Source: the human T2T-CHM13v2.0 reference genome, Homo sapiens. From it: a stretch of 64,000 nt of DNA. The position numbers and the translations under genes were made by a program. Location: NCBI RefSeq assembly GCF_009914755.1, contig NC_060936.1, one strand, 5' to 3'. Of this stretch, positions 17,595-34,777 are shown in pieces. The notes under the pieces were generated by a model, which searched no databases, was not told the origin of the DNA, and saw only the letters and a list, made by a program, of their open reading frames with translations. Positions within the stretch are counted from its first letter, which is position 1. Each line of letters opens with the position of its first letter.

Positions 17595-20500
17595 CCTTTT
17601 TCTATTGATTGGAATAGTTTCAGAAGAAATGGTACCAGCTCCTCTTTGGACCTCTGGTAGAATTCGGCTGTGAATCTGTCTGGTCCTGGACTTTTTTTGG
17701 TTGGTAGGCTATTAATTACTGCCTCAATTTCAGAACTTGTTATTGGTCTATTCAGGGATTTGACTTCCATGTTTAGTCTTGGGTGGGTATATATGTCCCA
17801 AAATTTATCCATTTCTTCTAGATTTTCTAGTGTTTTGCATAGAAGTGTTTATAGTATTCTCTGAGGGTAGTTTGTATTTCTGTGGGATCAGTGGTGATAT
17901 CCCCTTTATCATTTTTTATTGTGTCTATTTGATTTTCTCTCTTTTCTTCCTTGTTATTCTGGCTAGCAGTCCATCTACTTTGTTAATGTTTTCAAAAAAA
18001 CAGCTCCAGGATTCATTGATTTTTCGAAGGGTTTTTCATGTCTTTATCTCCTTCAGTTCTCTGATCTTAGTTATTTCTTGTCTTCTGCTGGCTTTTGCAT
18101 TTGTTTGCTCTTGCTTCTTTGGTTCTTTTAATTGTGATGTTAGGGTATCGATTTTAGATCTTTCCTGCTTTCTCCTGTGGGCATTTAGTGCTATAAATTT
18201 CCCTGTAAACACTGCTTTAGCTGTGTTCCAGAAATTCTGGTACATTGTGTCTTTGTTCTCATTGGGTTCAAAGAACTTATTTATTTCTGCCTTAATTTCA
18301 TTATTTACCCAGTAGTCATTCAGGAGCAGGTTGTTCAGTTTCCGTGTAGCTGTGCAGTTTTGATTGAGTTTCTTAATGCTGAGTTCTAATTTGATTGCAA
18401 TGTGGTGTGAGAGACTATTTGTTATGATTTCTGTTCTTTTGCATTTGCTGAGGAGTGTTTTACTTCCAATTATGTGGTCAATTTTAGAATAAGTGTGATG
18501 TGGTGCTGAGAAGAGTGTATATTCTGTTGATTTGGGGTTGAGAATTCTGTAGATGTCTATTAGGTCTGCTTTGTCTAGAGCTGAGTTCAAGTCCTGAATA
18601 TCCTTGTTAATATTTTGTCTCACTGATCTAATATTGACAGTGTGTGAGTACTATTATTGTGTGGGAGTCTAAGTCTCTTTGTAGGTCTCTAAGAACTTGC
18701 TTTATGAATCTGGGTGCTCCTGTATTGGGTGCATATATATTTAGGATAGTTAGCTCTTCTTGTTGCATTGATTCCTTTACCATTATGTAGTGCCCTTCTT
18801 TGTCTTTTTTGATCTTTATTGGTTGAAAGTCTGTTTTATCAGAGAATAGAATTGCAAGTCCTCCTTTCTTTTGCTTTCCATTTGCTTGGTAAATCTGCCT
18901 CCATCCCTTTGTTTTGAGCCTATATGTGTCTTTGCACGTGAGATGGGTCTCCTGAATACAGCACACCGATGGGTCCTGACTCTTTATCCAATTTGTCAAT
19001 GTGTCTTTTAATTGGGGCATTTGACCCGTTTACAATTAAGATTAATATTGTTATATGTGAATTTCATCTTTATGATGCTAGTTGGTTATTTTGCCCATTA
19101 GTTGATGCAGTTTCTTCATAGTCTCAATGGTCTTCACACTTTGGTTTGTTTTTGCCGTGGCTGGTGCCAGTTTTTCCTTTCCATATTTAGTGCTTCCTTC
19201 AGGAGCTCTTGTAAGGCAGGCCTGGTGGTGACAAAATCTCTCAGCATTTGCTTGTCTGTAAAGGATTTTATTTCTCCTTTGTTTATGAAGCTTAGTTTGG
19301 CTGGATATGAAATTCTGGGTTGAAATTTCTTTTCTTTAAGAATGTTGAATATTGGCCCCCACTCTCTTCTGGCTTGTAGGGTTTCTGCATAGAGATCCAC
19401 TGTTAGTCTGATGGGCTTCCATTTGTGGGTAACCCGACCTTTCTCTGTGGCTGTCCTTAACAATTTTTCCTTAATTTCAACCTTGGTGGATCTGATGATT
19501 ATGTGTCTTGGGGTTGTTCTTCTCAAGGAGTGTCTTTGTGGTGTTCTCTGTATTTCCTGAATTTGAATGTTGGCCTGTTTTGCTAGGTTAGGGAAGTTCT
19601 CCTGGATAATATTCCAAAGAGTGTTTTCAAACTTGTTTCCATTCTCCCTGTTACTTTCAGGTACACCAATCAAACATAGGTTTGGTCTTTTCACATAGTC
19701 CCACATTTGTTGGAGGCTTTGTTTGTTCCTTTTTATTCTTTTTTCTCTAATCTTGTCTTCATGCTTTATTTCATTAAGTTGATTTTCAGTGTCTGACATC
19801 CTTTCTTCCACTTGATTGATTCAGATGTTGATACTTGTGTGTGCTTCATGAAATTCTTGTGCTGTGTTTTTCAGCTTCATCAGGTCATTTATGTTCTTCT
19901 CTAAACTGGTTATTCTAGTTAGCAATTCCTCTAACCTTTTTTCAAGGTTCTTAGCTTTCTTGCATTGGGTTAGAACATGCTACTTTAGCTGAGAGGAGTT
20001 TGTTATTACTCACCTTCTGAAGCCTACTTCTGTCAATTTATCAAACTCATTCTCTGTCCAGTTTTGTTCTCTTGCTGGTGAGGAGTTGTGATCCTTTGGA
20101 GAAGAAGAGGCATTCTGGTTTTTGGAATTTTCCACCTTTTTGTGGTGGTTTTTCCTCATCTTCATTAATTTATCTACCTTTGGTCTTCGATGTTGGTGAC
20201 CTTTGGATGGGGTTTCTGTGTGGATGTCCTTTTTGTTGATGTTGATGCTATTCCTTTCTGTTTGTAATTTTTCCTTCTAACAGTCAGAACCCTCTTCTGT
20301 AGGTCTGCTGGAGTTTGCTGGAGGTCCACTCCAGATCCTGTTTTCCTGGGTATCACCAGCAGAGTCTTCAGAACAGCCAAGATTGTTGCCTGTTCTTTCC
20401 TCTGGAAGCTTCGTCCCAGAGGTGCACCTGCCAGATGCCAGCCAGAGCTCACCTGTATGAGGTGTGTATTGACCCCTGCTGGGAGGTGTCTCCCAGCCAG

Positions 20501-21495
20501 GAGGCACAGGGGTCAGGGACCCACTTGTGGAGGCAGCCTGTCCCGTAGCAGAGCTGGAGCACTGTGCTGGGAGTTTTGCTGCTCTCTTCAGAGCCACCAG
20601 GCAGTAACGTTTAAATCTGCAGAAGCTGTGCCCATAGCCGCCTGTTCCTTCGGGTGCTCTGTCCCAGGGAGATGGGAGTTTTATCTATAAGCCCCTGACT
20701 GGGGCTGCTGTCTTTCTTTCAGAGATGCCCTGCCCAGAGAGGAGGAATCTAGAGAGGCAGTCTGGCTACAGAGGCTTTGCGGAGCAGCAGTGGTCTCCAC
20801 CCAGTTCGAACTTCCTGGTGGCTTTGTTTACATCGTGAGGGGAAAACCCGCCTAGGCAAACCTCAGTAGTGGCAGACACCCCTCCCCCGACCAAGCTCGA
20901 GTGTCTCAGGTTGACTTCAGACTGCTGTGCTGGCAGCAAGAATTTCAAGCCAGTGGATCTTAGCTTGCTGGGCTCTGTGGGGGTGGGATCCACTGAGCTA
21001 GACCACTTGGCTCCCTGGCTTCATCCCCCTTTCCAGGGGAGTGAACGGTTCTGTCCTGCTGGCAGTCCAGGTGCTGCTGGGTATGAAAATAAACTCCTGC
21101 AGCTAGCTTGGTATCTGCACAAATGGCCACTCAGTTTTGTGCTTGAAACCCAGGGCCCTGGTGGTGTAGGCACCCGAGTGAATCTCCTGGTTTGCAGATT
21201 GTGAAGACCATGGGAAAAGCATAGTATCTGGGCCAGAGTGCACCATTCCTCAAGCACAGTCCCTCAAGGCTTCCTTTGGCTAGGGGAGGGAGTTCCCTGA
21301 CCCCTTGCACTTCCCACCTGCTCCCCACCCTGCTTCAGTTCGCCCTCCATGGGCTGCACCCACTGCCTAACCAGTCCCATGAGATGAACCGGGTACCTCA
21401 GTTGGAAATGCAGAAATCACCCACCTTCTGTGTTGATCTTGCTGGGAGCTGCAGACTGGAGCTGTTCCTATTTGGCCATCTTGCCTAATCTCTAA

Positions 21496-21814
<319 letters not shown>

Positions 21815-22876
21815 AGTACTAATCTTAATGAAAGGGAACTACTCCATACATTTGGCAAATCAAAGTTACACAGATAATTAAAATGAATCAGTTATTCTTT
21901 TATAGATCAATTTTTTGTTAAAATTTTACATAAAAAATTAACTTTGGACCTCGAACTACCAACTGTGTGATGAATTCGTCCTTTGTCTGAAATTGTTTCT
22001 TCTTTAAAACATTAACCAGAAGCAGTGCAGTTTTGGATGCTGAAAGCAAACATGGAATGCATATATTTCATGTAGTCTCGCAAAGAAGAATTGTCAACAA
22101 GACCAACCATACAACTAAATAAGGTGGCATTGAAAACATTGAATATAATATATCAACAAAGTAATTTTGAATTGTCTTAAATTCCAGGATGGAAATAAGC
22201 AAGTGGAACATCATGTCTGTTCTCTCCTGGTGAATATGTATTTTTAAACAAAACAAAAAGAAAAAAATGAACAATAGCACTGTACTTACTCAGCTTTGTA
22301 ATTTTTATTTTTTTAATCTATGGGAGATGTGTAAACTCTTAAAGGTCACGAGATAGAAAGGAGGGCAAGACATTTGTGTCATATTAATAACATTTTTTTG
22401 TTTATAAAAATAAACTGTGATCCTTATATCCTTATTATAAAAATAAACTGTGAAAAAAAATTTCAACAATACAGAAATATATTTAAAGGGAAAAATATCC
22501 TGTAATTCTATTTTAGTTTGTAAAATCTTAGATTTTCCCTCTGCAGATAGTAATATGGAATGTATGCCACATCCATAGTTATAGGTAAATATCTTAAGTA
22601 AATATACTCTTCTATATTTACATATACATTTTTTAGCAACAAAAATGAGATTATTTTTGCTCTTTGCAACCTTTTTTAAAATTGTAACAGTATATCTTGG
22701 ACATCTTTCAGCGACATTACATGATTTCCCCCAGGGGCAGCGCACTATTCCATTGTACCATAATCTGTGTAACTAATCCTTTACTGGTGATATTGGGGTT
22801 GTTTCCAGTTTTCTGCCATCATGACAACTGCAGTAAATATACTTGTATATATTAAGTTTGATAGAACTTAGTGACT

Positions 22877-23290
22877 GTATCAGTCAGCATAGGCTAAGTT
22901 ATGCTTTATTAGCAAGCAGACCTAAAGTCTCAGACGCTTGAGACAACGTAAGTGCCTTTCATGTTTATGCAAAGCACTCTGCGGGTTTAGGTGACACTTC
23001 AGAGAAGTTGCCCTCCATGTGTTGGCTCAGTATTAGGGGGTGCTCTGATCTTGTGACTCATCCAAGTCAACAAGTACTTTTATGATTACTGTGACAGGAG
23101 AAGAATGAACTAGAAAGTCAGGCACTGGCAATTGAATCCTTTTGGAAAATCACTTTTGCAACCATATTATTAACCTAAGGAACTAATATGGTCATGCCTC
23201 ACTCTCATAGAATTGTGAAATGCGGCTGTTCTATGTGCATGTAGTAGAGGAGATTTGAATGCTAGCAAATAGTCGAAATGACTACCATAG
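22877..23290. mobile_element. MaLR LTR (MLT1-like)
   Basis: tgtatcagtcagcataggctaagttatgct... start. Confidence 0.55.
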
Positions 23291-24229
23291 TGATTGATTC
23301 ACTGATTGTGGACAGTGAGATGGGAGTCCAAGATATCAAAGAGTTTTTGAACTTAAGTAAGTGAGCATAGGAATGCCATTAATTAGATCCCAGGGTTCAT
23401 CTGGAAATGGTCAGTTAACTAAGATAGAACACAGAATGTGGGAAGAGATGGGGATCAGAAATTATACCTGCTCCTGGACTGGAAGAATTGCCTCAGCAAC
23501 TACCTGCTGTGGTCAGAGATTTTTAGTCTGGAGAACAAAATGTAATTTTGAAGGGGAAGCTGCAATTTCAGTCATAAGGTAGGCAAATAGCTTGCAGCAA
23601 CAAAAAGGTGAATATAAAGTCCTGTTATCTCAACAGGTAGTTGGACATCAGGAATGGAAGTAAAAAGTTGACGACACTTAGAATTTCAGTCTTAAAATTG
23701 GCCTTGGAGAGTGAAATGGTTCAAGGTGCCAGGATGGGATTCAGGATCAGAAATGCAATACCTCTGGGGGATATAACAAGACTGGTACATTGGTTCTCAA
23801 AATTTATGTGTATCTAGTGCACTTTCTAATGCTAGAAAAGATTTAAAGATGAATATTACCTTTAAAAAGGAGGTATCTTTGGAAAATTGAAAACATTATA
23901 TGCTCATGTATTGCTCATATCCATAGGTATACTTTCACACTGAGGATCTGTTTGAATAGAGTCATTTACTGTCCTAAATGTCATCTCCTATATTAAAATG
24001 CCATAGAGATCCCAAAACTATGTACATCTAGTATGCATCAAAAAAATTAAAAAAATAAAATGCTAAAGAGGCACTTGTCTTTTTACTACTCTTCAACTGT
24101 TACCCTGTCTCTCATACTCTTCATAGGCAATTGTTACCTCTTGACTCTTTTTTACAAAGAAGATTTTTAAACCATTTATTGATTTAGAAAGTAGGGCTTT
24201 TAATTAATTTTAATTAAACATATTTGCTG

Positions 24230-24990
24230 AGATAATTCATATGGCATAAGATTCACATTTTAATGATATTTAATTACATTAATCACATTTAATGATATTC
24301 AATATTTTTCATATATTCACAGAGCTGTGCAGCCATCACCACAATCTATTTTAGAACATTTTCATCACCCCAGAAAGAAGCCCTGTATCAATTAGCTGTC
24401 ATTCCCCTCACCCACTAGGCCCCGGAAACCACTAATAAACTTTCTGTCTCTATGAATTTGCCTATTCTGGACATGTTAAGGAAATGAAATCATATACTAT
24501 GTAGTCGTTTGTGTCTGATTTCTTGGAATTACGTTTTCAAGTTCATTCATATTGTTGTATGAATCAGTACTCATTTCTTTTTATGGCTGAAAAATATTCC
24601 ATTGTATGGACATACTACATTTTGTTTACTTATCAGTTGGTGAATATTTGAGTTGGTTTCAGCTATTAATAATAATCTTTCTATGAAAATTCATGTACAA
24701 GTTTTTGTGTGGACATATATGTTCATTTATCTTGGGTATATTCCTAGGAGTAGAATTGCTGAGTCATATGACAACTAAAATTTTGAAGAACTACCAAATT
24801 GCTGAGTCACATGAAAACTAACATTTTGAAGAACTACGAAACCGTTTTTCAAAGCGGTTGCAATGTTTTACAATCCCACCAGCAATGCATAAGGGTTCCA
24901 ATTTCTCCGCATTTTTGTCAACACAAATTATTGTTTGTCTTTTGATATTAGCCATCCTAGCGGATATGAAGTGGCATTTCTTTGTGGTCC
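24230..24990 (-). mobile_element. L1MB-like 3' end containing a 43-bp tandem duplication (about 24754-24840)
   Basis: Typical L1MB 3' UTR and ORF2 tail; aattgctgagtca.atga.aactaa.attttgaagaactac twice. Confidence 0.75.
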
Positions 24991-25009
24991 ATCTACTTCT
25001 TAACCTACT

Positions 25010-25850
25010 TTAATCTGGCTTCCATTCTGTAACTCCACCAAAATCAGCAATCATTATAATTATCAGTGTGGTACATGTCTCTAATCTAAAGGATATATTC
25101 AGTTATTACCTTACTAGATCTTTTAGCAAATTTGATACGGTTGATTCTTCTTTCTAGAATATTTTATTTTCATAGTTTCAAGGCCTGAACAAATTCCTGG
25201 TTTTCTTCTTTTTTCCTCTGGTTATTTCTGTCTCTTTGCAGTTCGTTTTGTTCTATAGGTTAACAAGTTGTGGAGTTCCTTAAGACTTGCTCCCAGCTTT
25301 CTCCTCCTCTCAGTCTACATTTTGTTTTAATGCCCATGTCTTATACTACTATCAGTAAGCAGATGGCGCTCAAATTTTCATTTCCAGCTCAGATCAGTCC
25401 TCTGTGCTCTAAACATGTTTATCTAATGGACAATTTGTTACTTCTCAAACACAACTTAAAATTAATCTAAGAATAAACACATAATCTCTCTCCTTTCTCC
25501 TATCAGTCTTTTTCTATTGTTTCATATTTGGAATGACAACCTCCTTCATCAGTTGGGCAAGCCAGAAATCTCAGCATCATTCTTGGCTCACTTCTCTTCC
25601 CTTACTTCCTACAAGCAGTCCTCATCAAGTCTTGCAAATCGTAGCTGCTAAATATCTCTTAAAACTGTTATTTTTTTCTCTATATTAATGTCAATACCCT
25701 AGCTTAAGCTGGCATCACCCACATCCTGGGTTTATGTTAGGCTTTCTTAATTGCTCTATCTTCAGCTACTCTGGCTGTCTCCAATTTATTACTCATACTG
25801 TAGCCCTAGTTAGAAAGATCCACTCCTATCCCTTGTTTAAAACTATTCAA
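25010..25850. mobile_element. L2 fragment (continues at about 28570-28690 beyond the L1 insertion)
   Basis: Pyrimidine-rich L2 motifs (caagccagaaatctcagcatcattcttg). Confidence 0.6.
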
Positions 25851-25858
25851 CAGTTTTC

Positions 25859-28589
<2,731 letters not shown>

Positions 28590-28689
28590 CTATTGCTCTT
28601 AGAACTGAGTCAAAAGTTTTGATTGTGATCTACAAGGCCAATAGTAGTATGGTTACAATCTACATTTCCATCATAAACTCCCTCCAGCA

Positions 28690-30902
28690 AGTCTGTGATG
28701 CCAAAGTTAGGGCTCTGGTTGGGAAGGAATGAGACTCTGAGACACACGATTGGGACATTTGAGTTGATGCACTTGAAATTCTTGAAACCCCGGATCATCT
28801 TGAACCCTGTGGTCCTGCAGAAGTGGCTCACTTTTCTTTGTTAGAAACTGTTCTCCTCCCCACTGACTTTTGTCCCCTGCCCAACTAGACGATAATGAAG
28901 TCTCTGCCCATGTAACATGTTAAGCTCTCCTCGCCTCCCCCAGTCAATCCTCACCTCCCTCCTGACCTCCAAAGTGATAACTAGAATCGACTTAAAACAT
29001 ATTGCAGCTGGGAAAGTACTGGGCCTGCTAAGGGAGGAAAAGAGCTAAGTAGCAAGAGACAAACACTAGTCACATGATCATCAGTAGTGCATAAATGCTA
29101 GAAAAGCAGGGAAAGAACATTTAAGGTTTTATTATATGGGATCACCCTTCTGTGATACTGGATTTTATACCTTGGCAAGAACCCAAGGAGATTATGCCAA
29201 ACACTGTTTTCTTAGAAAAAGCGATGGTCAACACCAAGTGAAGTAGAAACCTCAGAACTACCATGGCAGAACATGAAGTGGAGATCAAAAGGCTTAGGTA
29301 AGTAAGCATATCATAGGGAATGACACTAAATAGGGCTGGAAAACACACCAGCTGACATTTTTCTGCAGAAACACCTTTGTGTTTACCAACGGGATGAGAA
29401 ATGTGCTAGTGAAGGGGGCACCCACGCCATTGAGAAGCGCATTGGTGGTTCTCTTCTTTTTTTTTTTTTGAGACGGAGTCTCGCTCTCTCCCCCAGGCTG
29501 GAGTGCAAATGGCGCGATCTTGGCTCACTGCAAGCTCCGCCCCCTGGGTTCACGCCATTCTCCTGTTTCAGCCTCCCGAGTATCTGGGACTACAGGCGCC
29601 CGCCACAACGCCCGGCTAATTTTTTTTTGTATATTTAGTAGAGACGAGGTTTCACCATGTTAGCCAGGATGGTCTCGATCTCCTGACCTCGTGATCCACC
29701 CGCCTCAGCCTCCCAAAGTGCTGGGATTACAGGCTTGAGCCACCGGGCCCGGCCGGTGGTTCTCTTCTTTACTCCAGGAGATGCTGTTCTATCTCACTGA
29801 TAGCAGTTGGCATGAGAAAATACCAAACTAGTAGAGGCCAGGTGGTATCACTTAACTGCCAGATGCAAGATAGGATTAACTATCATAATGAGCAACAAGT
29901 TTTTGGAATGGCAACCATGGGATCCAGGCTCATGAAGAACTACGGAGATGACTAATAGGATAGGGCATCCTTAGGGGAAAGACAGGTAGACATCCAACAG
30001 GGGCATTTCCCGATCTATACAATCAAGGATAAGTGGTCTAAGGACAGAGAACAGCTGCCCCAACAAAAAGTCGATTTCCGAACCTGACCCAGTTTGCATA
30101 TCTGCAACCCGTTGACTGAAGGAGAGTCAGGGTCCTTTACAAGAATGGATTCTATACCCTATAGCAAGTGTATTCAGTAAAGTTTCTTCCAATTTATCCC
30201 TGAAAAGACCTATGGCCACGTAGTTGGGTAATAACTCTATACTGGTAAAAGGAGAACACTCAAAACATTTTGAGGGTTTCTGAATTATTAAATATGGGTC
30301 TGATTGACATTGATACTTAAGGACCTAAAGAATTATCCTGGGCTCCCTGTTGGAGTGGAGTATATAGGGAGCAGGTAATAAATGCAATTGTGGCTCAGAT
30401 TCAACTCACAATGAATCAGCTATATCCATAAACCCACTTGCTAGTAATTTCCCTGATACTTAAATGTATAACTGGATTGCACATACTTGAAAATTGGCAG
30501 AAGGCACACATTGATCCTTGACCTGTGCAGTAAGCTCTATCATCATGAGGAAGGCCACTTGAAAGCCTATGAAATCACACCTCCACCCTAGCCAAATAAT
30601 AAATATGAAATAATATTGAAGAATCAAGGGGAGAGGATGGCAGAGATAAAGGCCATTCTTAAAGACTCAAAAGATGCAGAGATCATGGTCTCCATCATGT
30701 CTTCATTTAAATCACCAGTCTGAGCCCTACAAAAATCAGATGGATCCTGGAAGATGATTCTGAATTCCCACAAACCCGACCAAGAAGTAGCTCCAGTTTC
30801 TGTAGCTTTGATGGAAGTGGTATCTCAATGGGAGCATATTAACACAAATCCAGGTGCAGAGTATCTAGCCATAGATCTAGTGAACATGATCTATTCCATC
30901 CC
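28690..30902 (+). mobile_element. ERVL-class internal remnant (gag-pro-RT)
   Basis: Degenerate RT: SSFKSPV*ALQKSDGSWKMI...YLAIDLVNMIYSIP. Confidence 0.75.
29460..29754 (-). mobile_element. AluY
   Basis: AluY diagnostic positions; TSD GGTGGTTCTCTTCTTT. Confidence 0.95.
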
Positions 30903-31062
30903 ATGGGCAAGTCTTATAAACTCTCTATACTTCAGTTTACTCAACTGTAAGTTAGGGAGAATATCTACTTCAGGGAGTCATTGTGAATCCTCAGTTAATT
31001 AATGCATATAAAGTACTTAAAACAGTGCTGAGCACTGCAGTTAGCACTATATAAATATTAGC
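30903..31062 (+). mobile_element. MIR fragment
   Basis: gggcaagt...ttcagtttactcaactgtaa...aaagtacttaaaacagtg. Confidence 0.6.
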
Positions 31063-31148
31063 TTTTTTTTGTTAGGGAAAATGGTCATATTAATCTCTAT
31101 AAAAGTAACTTGTATATTATCTACACATTACATTATTTATTCTTGTAG

Positions 31149-31175
31149 GGAAGAGGAACGAGGAACAACAAACAG
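31149..31175 (+). pseudogene. Candidate 27-nt micro-exon (G)KRNEEQQT
   Basis: ttatttattcttgtag| ... CAG|gtaaat; purine-rich body. Confidence 0.55.
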
Positions 31176-31222
31176 GTAAATAAATACATTAAATTGTTTC
31201 CTTGTTTACCGTCTATTCTTTG

Positions 31223-31540
31223 TGGGTTTGGTGACTCATACCTTTAATCCCAACACTTTGGGAGGCCGACAAAGGAGGATTGCTTGAGGCCAGGAGTTCA
31301 AGACCAGTCTAGGCAACATCGCCAGAACACGTCTCTACAATTTTTTTTTTTTTTAATTAGCTGGGTGTGATGGCACATGCCTGTAGTCCTAGCTACTTGG
31401 AAGGCTGAGGCAGGAGGATCGCTTGTGCCCAGAAATTCAAGGCTGCAGTGAGCTGTGATTACACCACTGCACTCCAGCCTGGGTGAACAGAATAGGACCC
31501 TGTCTCTTAAAAAAGAAAAAAAGAAAAAGAAAAAAGAGAA
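31223..31540 (+). mobile_element. AluJ
   Basis: Dimer with a T-rich middle linker, A tail. Confidence 0.9.
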
Positions 31541-31633
31541 TATAAGCTCTTTGAAGGTGGGGACTATATCCCAGCATTTAGAATTGCAGCCAGCATGTAG
31601 CAGGCTCTTATAGAATATATGTGATTAGATATT

Positions 31634-32067
31634 GTCATGCCAAAATCCTATTGACTCCAGTGGAGATGGCACCAGGTTCAACAGACAGAAGAAGAGACCC
31701 AGAGCCAGCAAATGAGTCATGGGATTTTATTGGAGACTTTCATACAGTGGAGAGAGTCCAGTGGTGGCAGGCTGGGCAGAAGAACTGCAACTGCTTACAG
31801 ATCATACAGCATTTTCACTTAGCACTCTTTCCCTAACAACCTTCACCTGGCAACCTTAATGCAACCCAAAACACGGGCCTCGAATTGCTGTATGGCTGGT
31901 GTTTTACAGGATGGGATGGGGCTCAGATGTTCCTCACAGACAAAGAAGGAATCTCTGGGTTGGCCACTCACGGATCCCTTAGCTTAGAACACATTCAGGT
32001 GCATCTGCCATACATGGTCATTCTCAGGGTATGCTTAAGATATTGCTATTAGACGCATTTACCCTAT
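31634..32067 (-). mobile_element. Solo LTR (LTR47-like)
   Basis: Minus strand starts tatagggtaaatgc..tagcaata.cttaagcataccctgagaatgacc and ends TGACA. Confidence 0.7.
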
Positions 32068-32856
32068 AGCTATACATATATGTGGGAGGTAGGGATATAT
32101 ATGTTTGTTTCCTGTTAATTGATCTTCTTTAGTTTCTTATTGGTACCCTAAGAACACCCTTAGTTTGCAGTGGAAGCAGAAACAAATGCTCAAAGAAATC
32201 TCTAGCCTAAGTGTGGGACAGAAAGATTTTGCTGCCTTTTTAAAGATCATAATTTCACATCCAAAAATTAGACTTGAGGTGGGGGGAAGAGAGTAGAGGC
32301 ATGCAGAAGAAGCTGGAGAGAGGGAGGTGTGAAGGGAGTGGAATTATAAAGATAGGAAGGGGAAGAAGAAGTTCTCATGGTAGGTGAGGACCAGGAACAG
32401 ATGGGGAAGGGACACAGAGTGCTGATTTCCTCAAGCCTGGATCACCTGTGGACATCCTATCATCCAACAGTCCTGAGAGAGGTGGGGGATTCAGGTGCAT
32501 GTGGTTGTAGGTGCAAAGGGGGAACCTAGCTCCCTGTTGAAGGTGAAAGTGGACAGAATACAGACAATGGCTGACACACAGACCCTGTTCCTCAACATGA
32601 TCACCTACCATGTTCCAGGATTGTAGAAATATTAGCTTGATAATCATTACAGGAACTCTGTTTTACAGACAAAAAAAAAACCAACACAAGGATTAGATCA
32701 ATTATGTAATTTACAGAAGGCCATAAAGCAGCTAGAATCATGGCTTGGATGAAAACTCAGCTGTTTCAACTCCAAAATTAGATGGTTAACCACCACAATA
32801 TGCTACTTCATTGGGTTATTGGTCCTGGTTTTCTGGGTAGTGCTTTCTTTCTCTAG

Positions 32857-32922
32857 TTGGGCAGGAGCTGTTCCTGTGGAAATACGTCAGTGGCTAGCAG
32901 TCCAAATCTCAGGGTTCAAAGG
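32857..32922 (+). pseudogene. Candidate 66-nt exon (TAG in phase 1; open in the other phases)
   Basis: gctttctttctctag| ... AGG|gtgagc. Confidence 0.25.
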
Positions 32923-33019
32923 GTGAGCTTCTCTTTGATTTGAGTTAATCTTGATCTCCAAGTGCCCTAATCTGGTGGAGGAGGAGTAAGTGTCTCTTGG
33001 GGTCAGAACTTATGTTTAT

Positions 33020-34010
33020 TGATTGTTTACTATTTGTTGTGCTGGGTTCTTTATATAGTTCATCTTATTTCTCACAACAAGTCTATGAGCTGGATAGTAT
33101 TATATCACTTTGAAGAGAGGGATGGAAAAATGAGACTTCAGAAGGTGAGCTAGTTGCCTAGCATCCTATAGCAGTAAATGATGGAGTTGAGTACAGTTTG
33201 GGCCTCTCTAACCTCAGAATTATGAAAGTGGCAATAACCGTGCCAGCGGTTCTGATGCTGGGAAGTTATTTCAGTTGGAAGTACATCTCTGCCAATGGTA
33301 GAGGGACCCAAACTGTGTTTAATCACAGGTTCAGTGACCATAGTCTGTAGAATAAACAACTCTCTCATATTCACTTACTCTGATATTTCAAACATATATG
33401 GCTGCTTTTATGGTAAATGAGATGTAAATTTACCTAATATGTTTAATAAATTTAGTTTATTTTTGTCATTATATGGTAACAGTCAGAACGTATATCCATG
33501 GGTTGAAAGCAGTGTTGTGAAATGGTTAAGGGCCAGATTCTGGAGACAGAGTATTTTGTGTTTGAATCCTGGCTTGGCAACTTACTGTCTAGCTGTGTGA
33601 CCTTGAGCAGACTTCAATTTTTCAGGGTTCAGGGTCTTTACCTGTAAAAGGAAGATAATAATATTGATTTTATAAGCTGTTGTGAAGATTAAATAAATTG
33701 ATCTCTGAAAGTTGCTAAGATAGCACTTGGCCCAGAGTAAGCACTTTTAAGTTTTAATTATTATTATAACTGGGCTTTTACAGGAAATTTAAGAAATTTT
33801 TTATTTTAAAAGGGCCTTTACCTGAAACGGGTAAGAACCTCTGCATTGAAGTCCAATTTTATCCCTCAGGAGCTATGACTTTAGAAAGCTATTTAAATTT
33901 TCTGTGTATTAGTTTTTTAATAGTGTGGTTTTAATGATTAAAATGAGATTCTGTATATAAAGCACTAAACACTGTTTAAAAATCATAAGTGGTCAATACA
34001 TAATAGGGAT
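33020..34010. mobile_element. Several MIR fragments flanking the 33813 micro-exon
   Basis: MIR cores at about 33020-33220, 33510-33765 and 33870-34000. Confidence 0.6.
33813..33830 (+). pseudogene. Candidate 18-nt micro-exon (G)PLPET
   Basis: ttttttattttaaaag| ... CGG|gtaaga. Confidence 0.45.
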
Positions 34011-34347
34011 GAAAAATACGATTATCAGTTTCATCATTAACCATGATAGAAAATTTACTTGGACAATGTCACTTTTCAAAAATACCTAATGAAATGTGTG
34101 ACAAGAATGAAAACAAAACCACCTCAATTTTTCAGCAAGTTTTATGGTCCTGCCTCTGTGCTAAACAATATTATGCATTAAAAATGATGAGGTCCCTGAA
34201 GAAAAGGAGCTTGCCATTTAATTTGGGAGATGAATCACCCACAAACGGCATGTTTGTAAAGCTGTCAGTACCCTGACATAGTGGGAGCTCCATCATCAAG
34301 AGCTGGTATTATTATTATTTTATTATTTATAAAAAAAGCACATAACA

Positions 34348-34650
34348 GGCTGAGCATGGGGGCTCATGCCTGTAATCCCAGCGCTTTGGGAGGCCGAGGC
34401 AGGAGGATCATTTGAGGTCAGGAGTTTGAGACAGTCTGGCCAACATGGCAAAACACCGTCTATACTAAAAATACAAAAATTATCTGGGCATAGTGGTGGG
34501 TGCCTGTAATCCCCACTACTTAGGAGGCTGGGGCAGGAGAATCGCTTCAACTGGGAGGCGGAGGTTGCAGTGAGCCGTGATGGCACCTCTGCACTCCAGC
34601 CTGGGTGACACAGCGAGACTCTGTTTCACCAAAAAAAAAAAAAAAAAAAA
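34348..34650 (+). mobile_element. AluSx-like
   Basis: TSD AAAAAAAGCACATAACA. Confidence 0.93.
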
Positions 34651-34777
34651 AAAAAAAGCACATAACAAAGACCTAGGCAGTATAATACCAACAGTTAGAA
34701 TATAAAGCTGTGTATAATAAGGGGCTAATTAGGAGTTAGAGACAAGTTTTAAATGAGAGCAATCTGAGTTTAAGCCA

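Noticed and set aside
22020-22123. Candidate exon (104 or 48 nt)
   Set aside because: Weak donor gtggca and several mutually exclusive readings; cannot choose without conservation data
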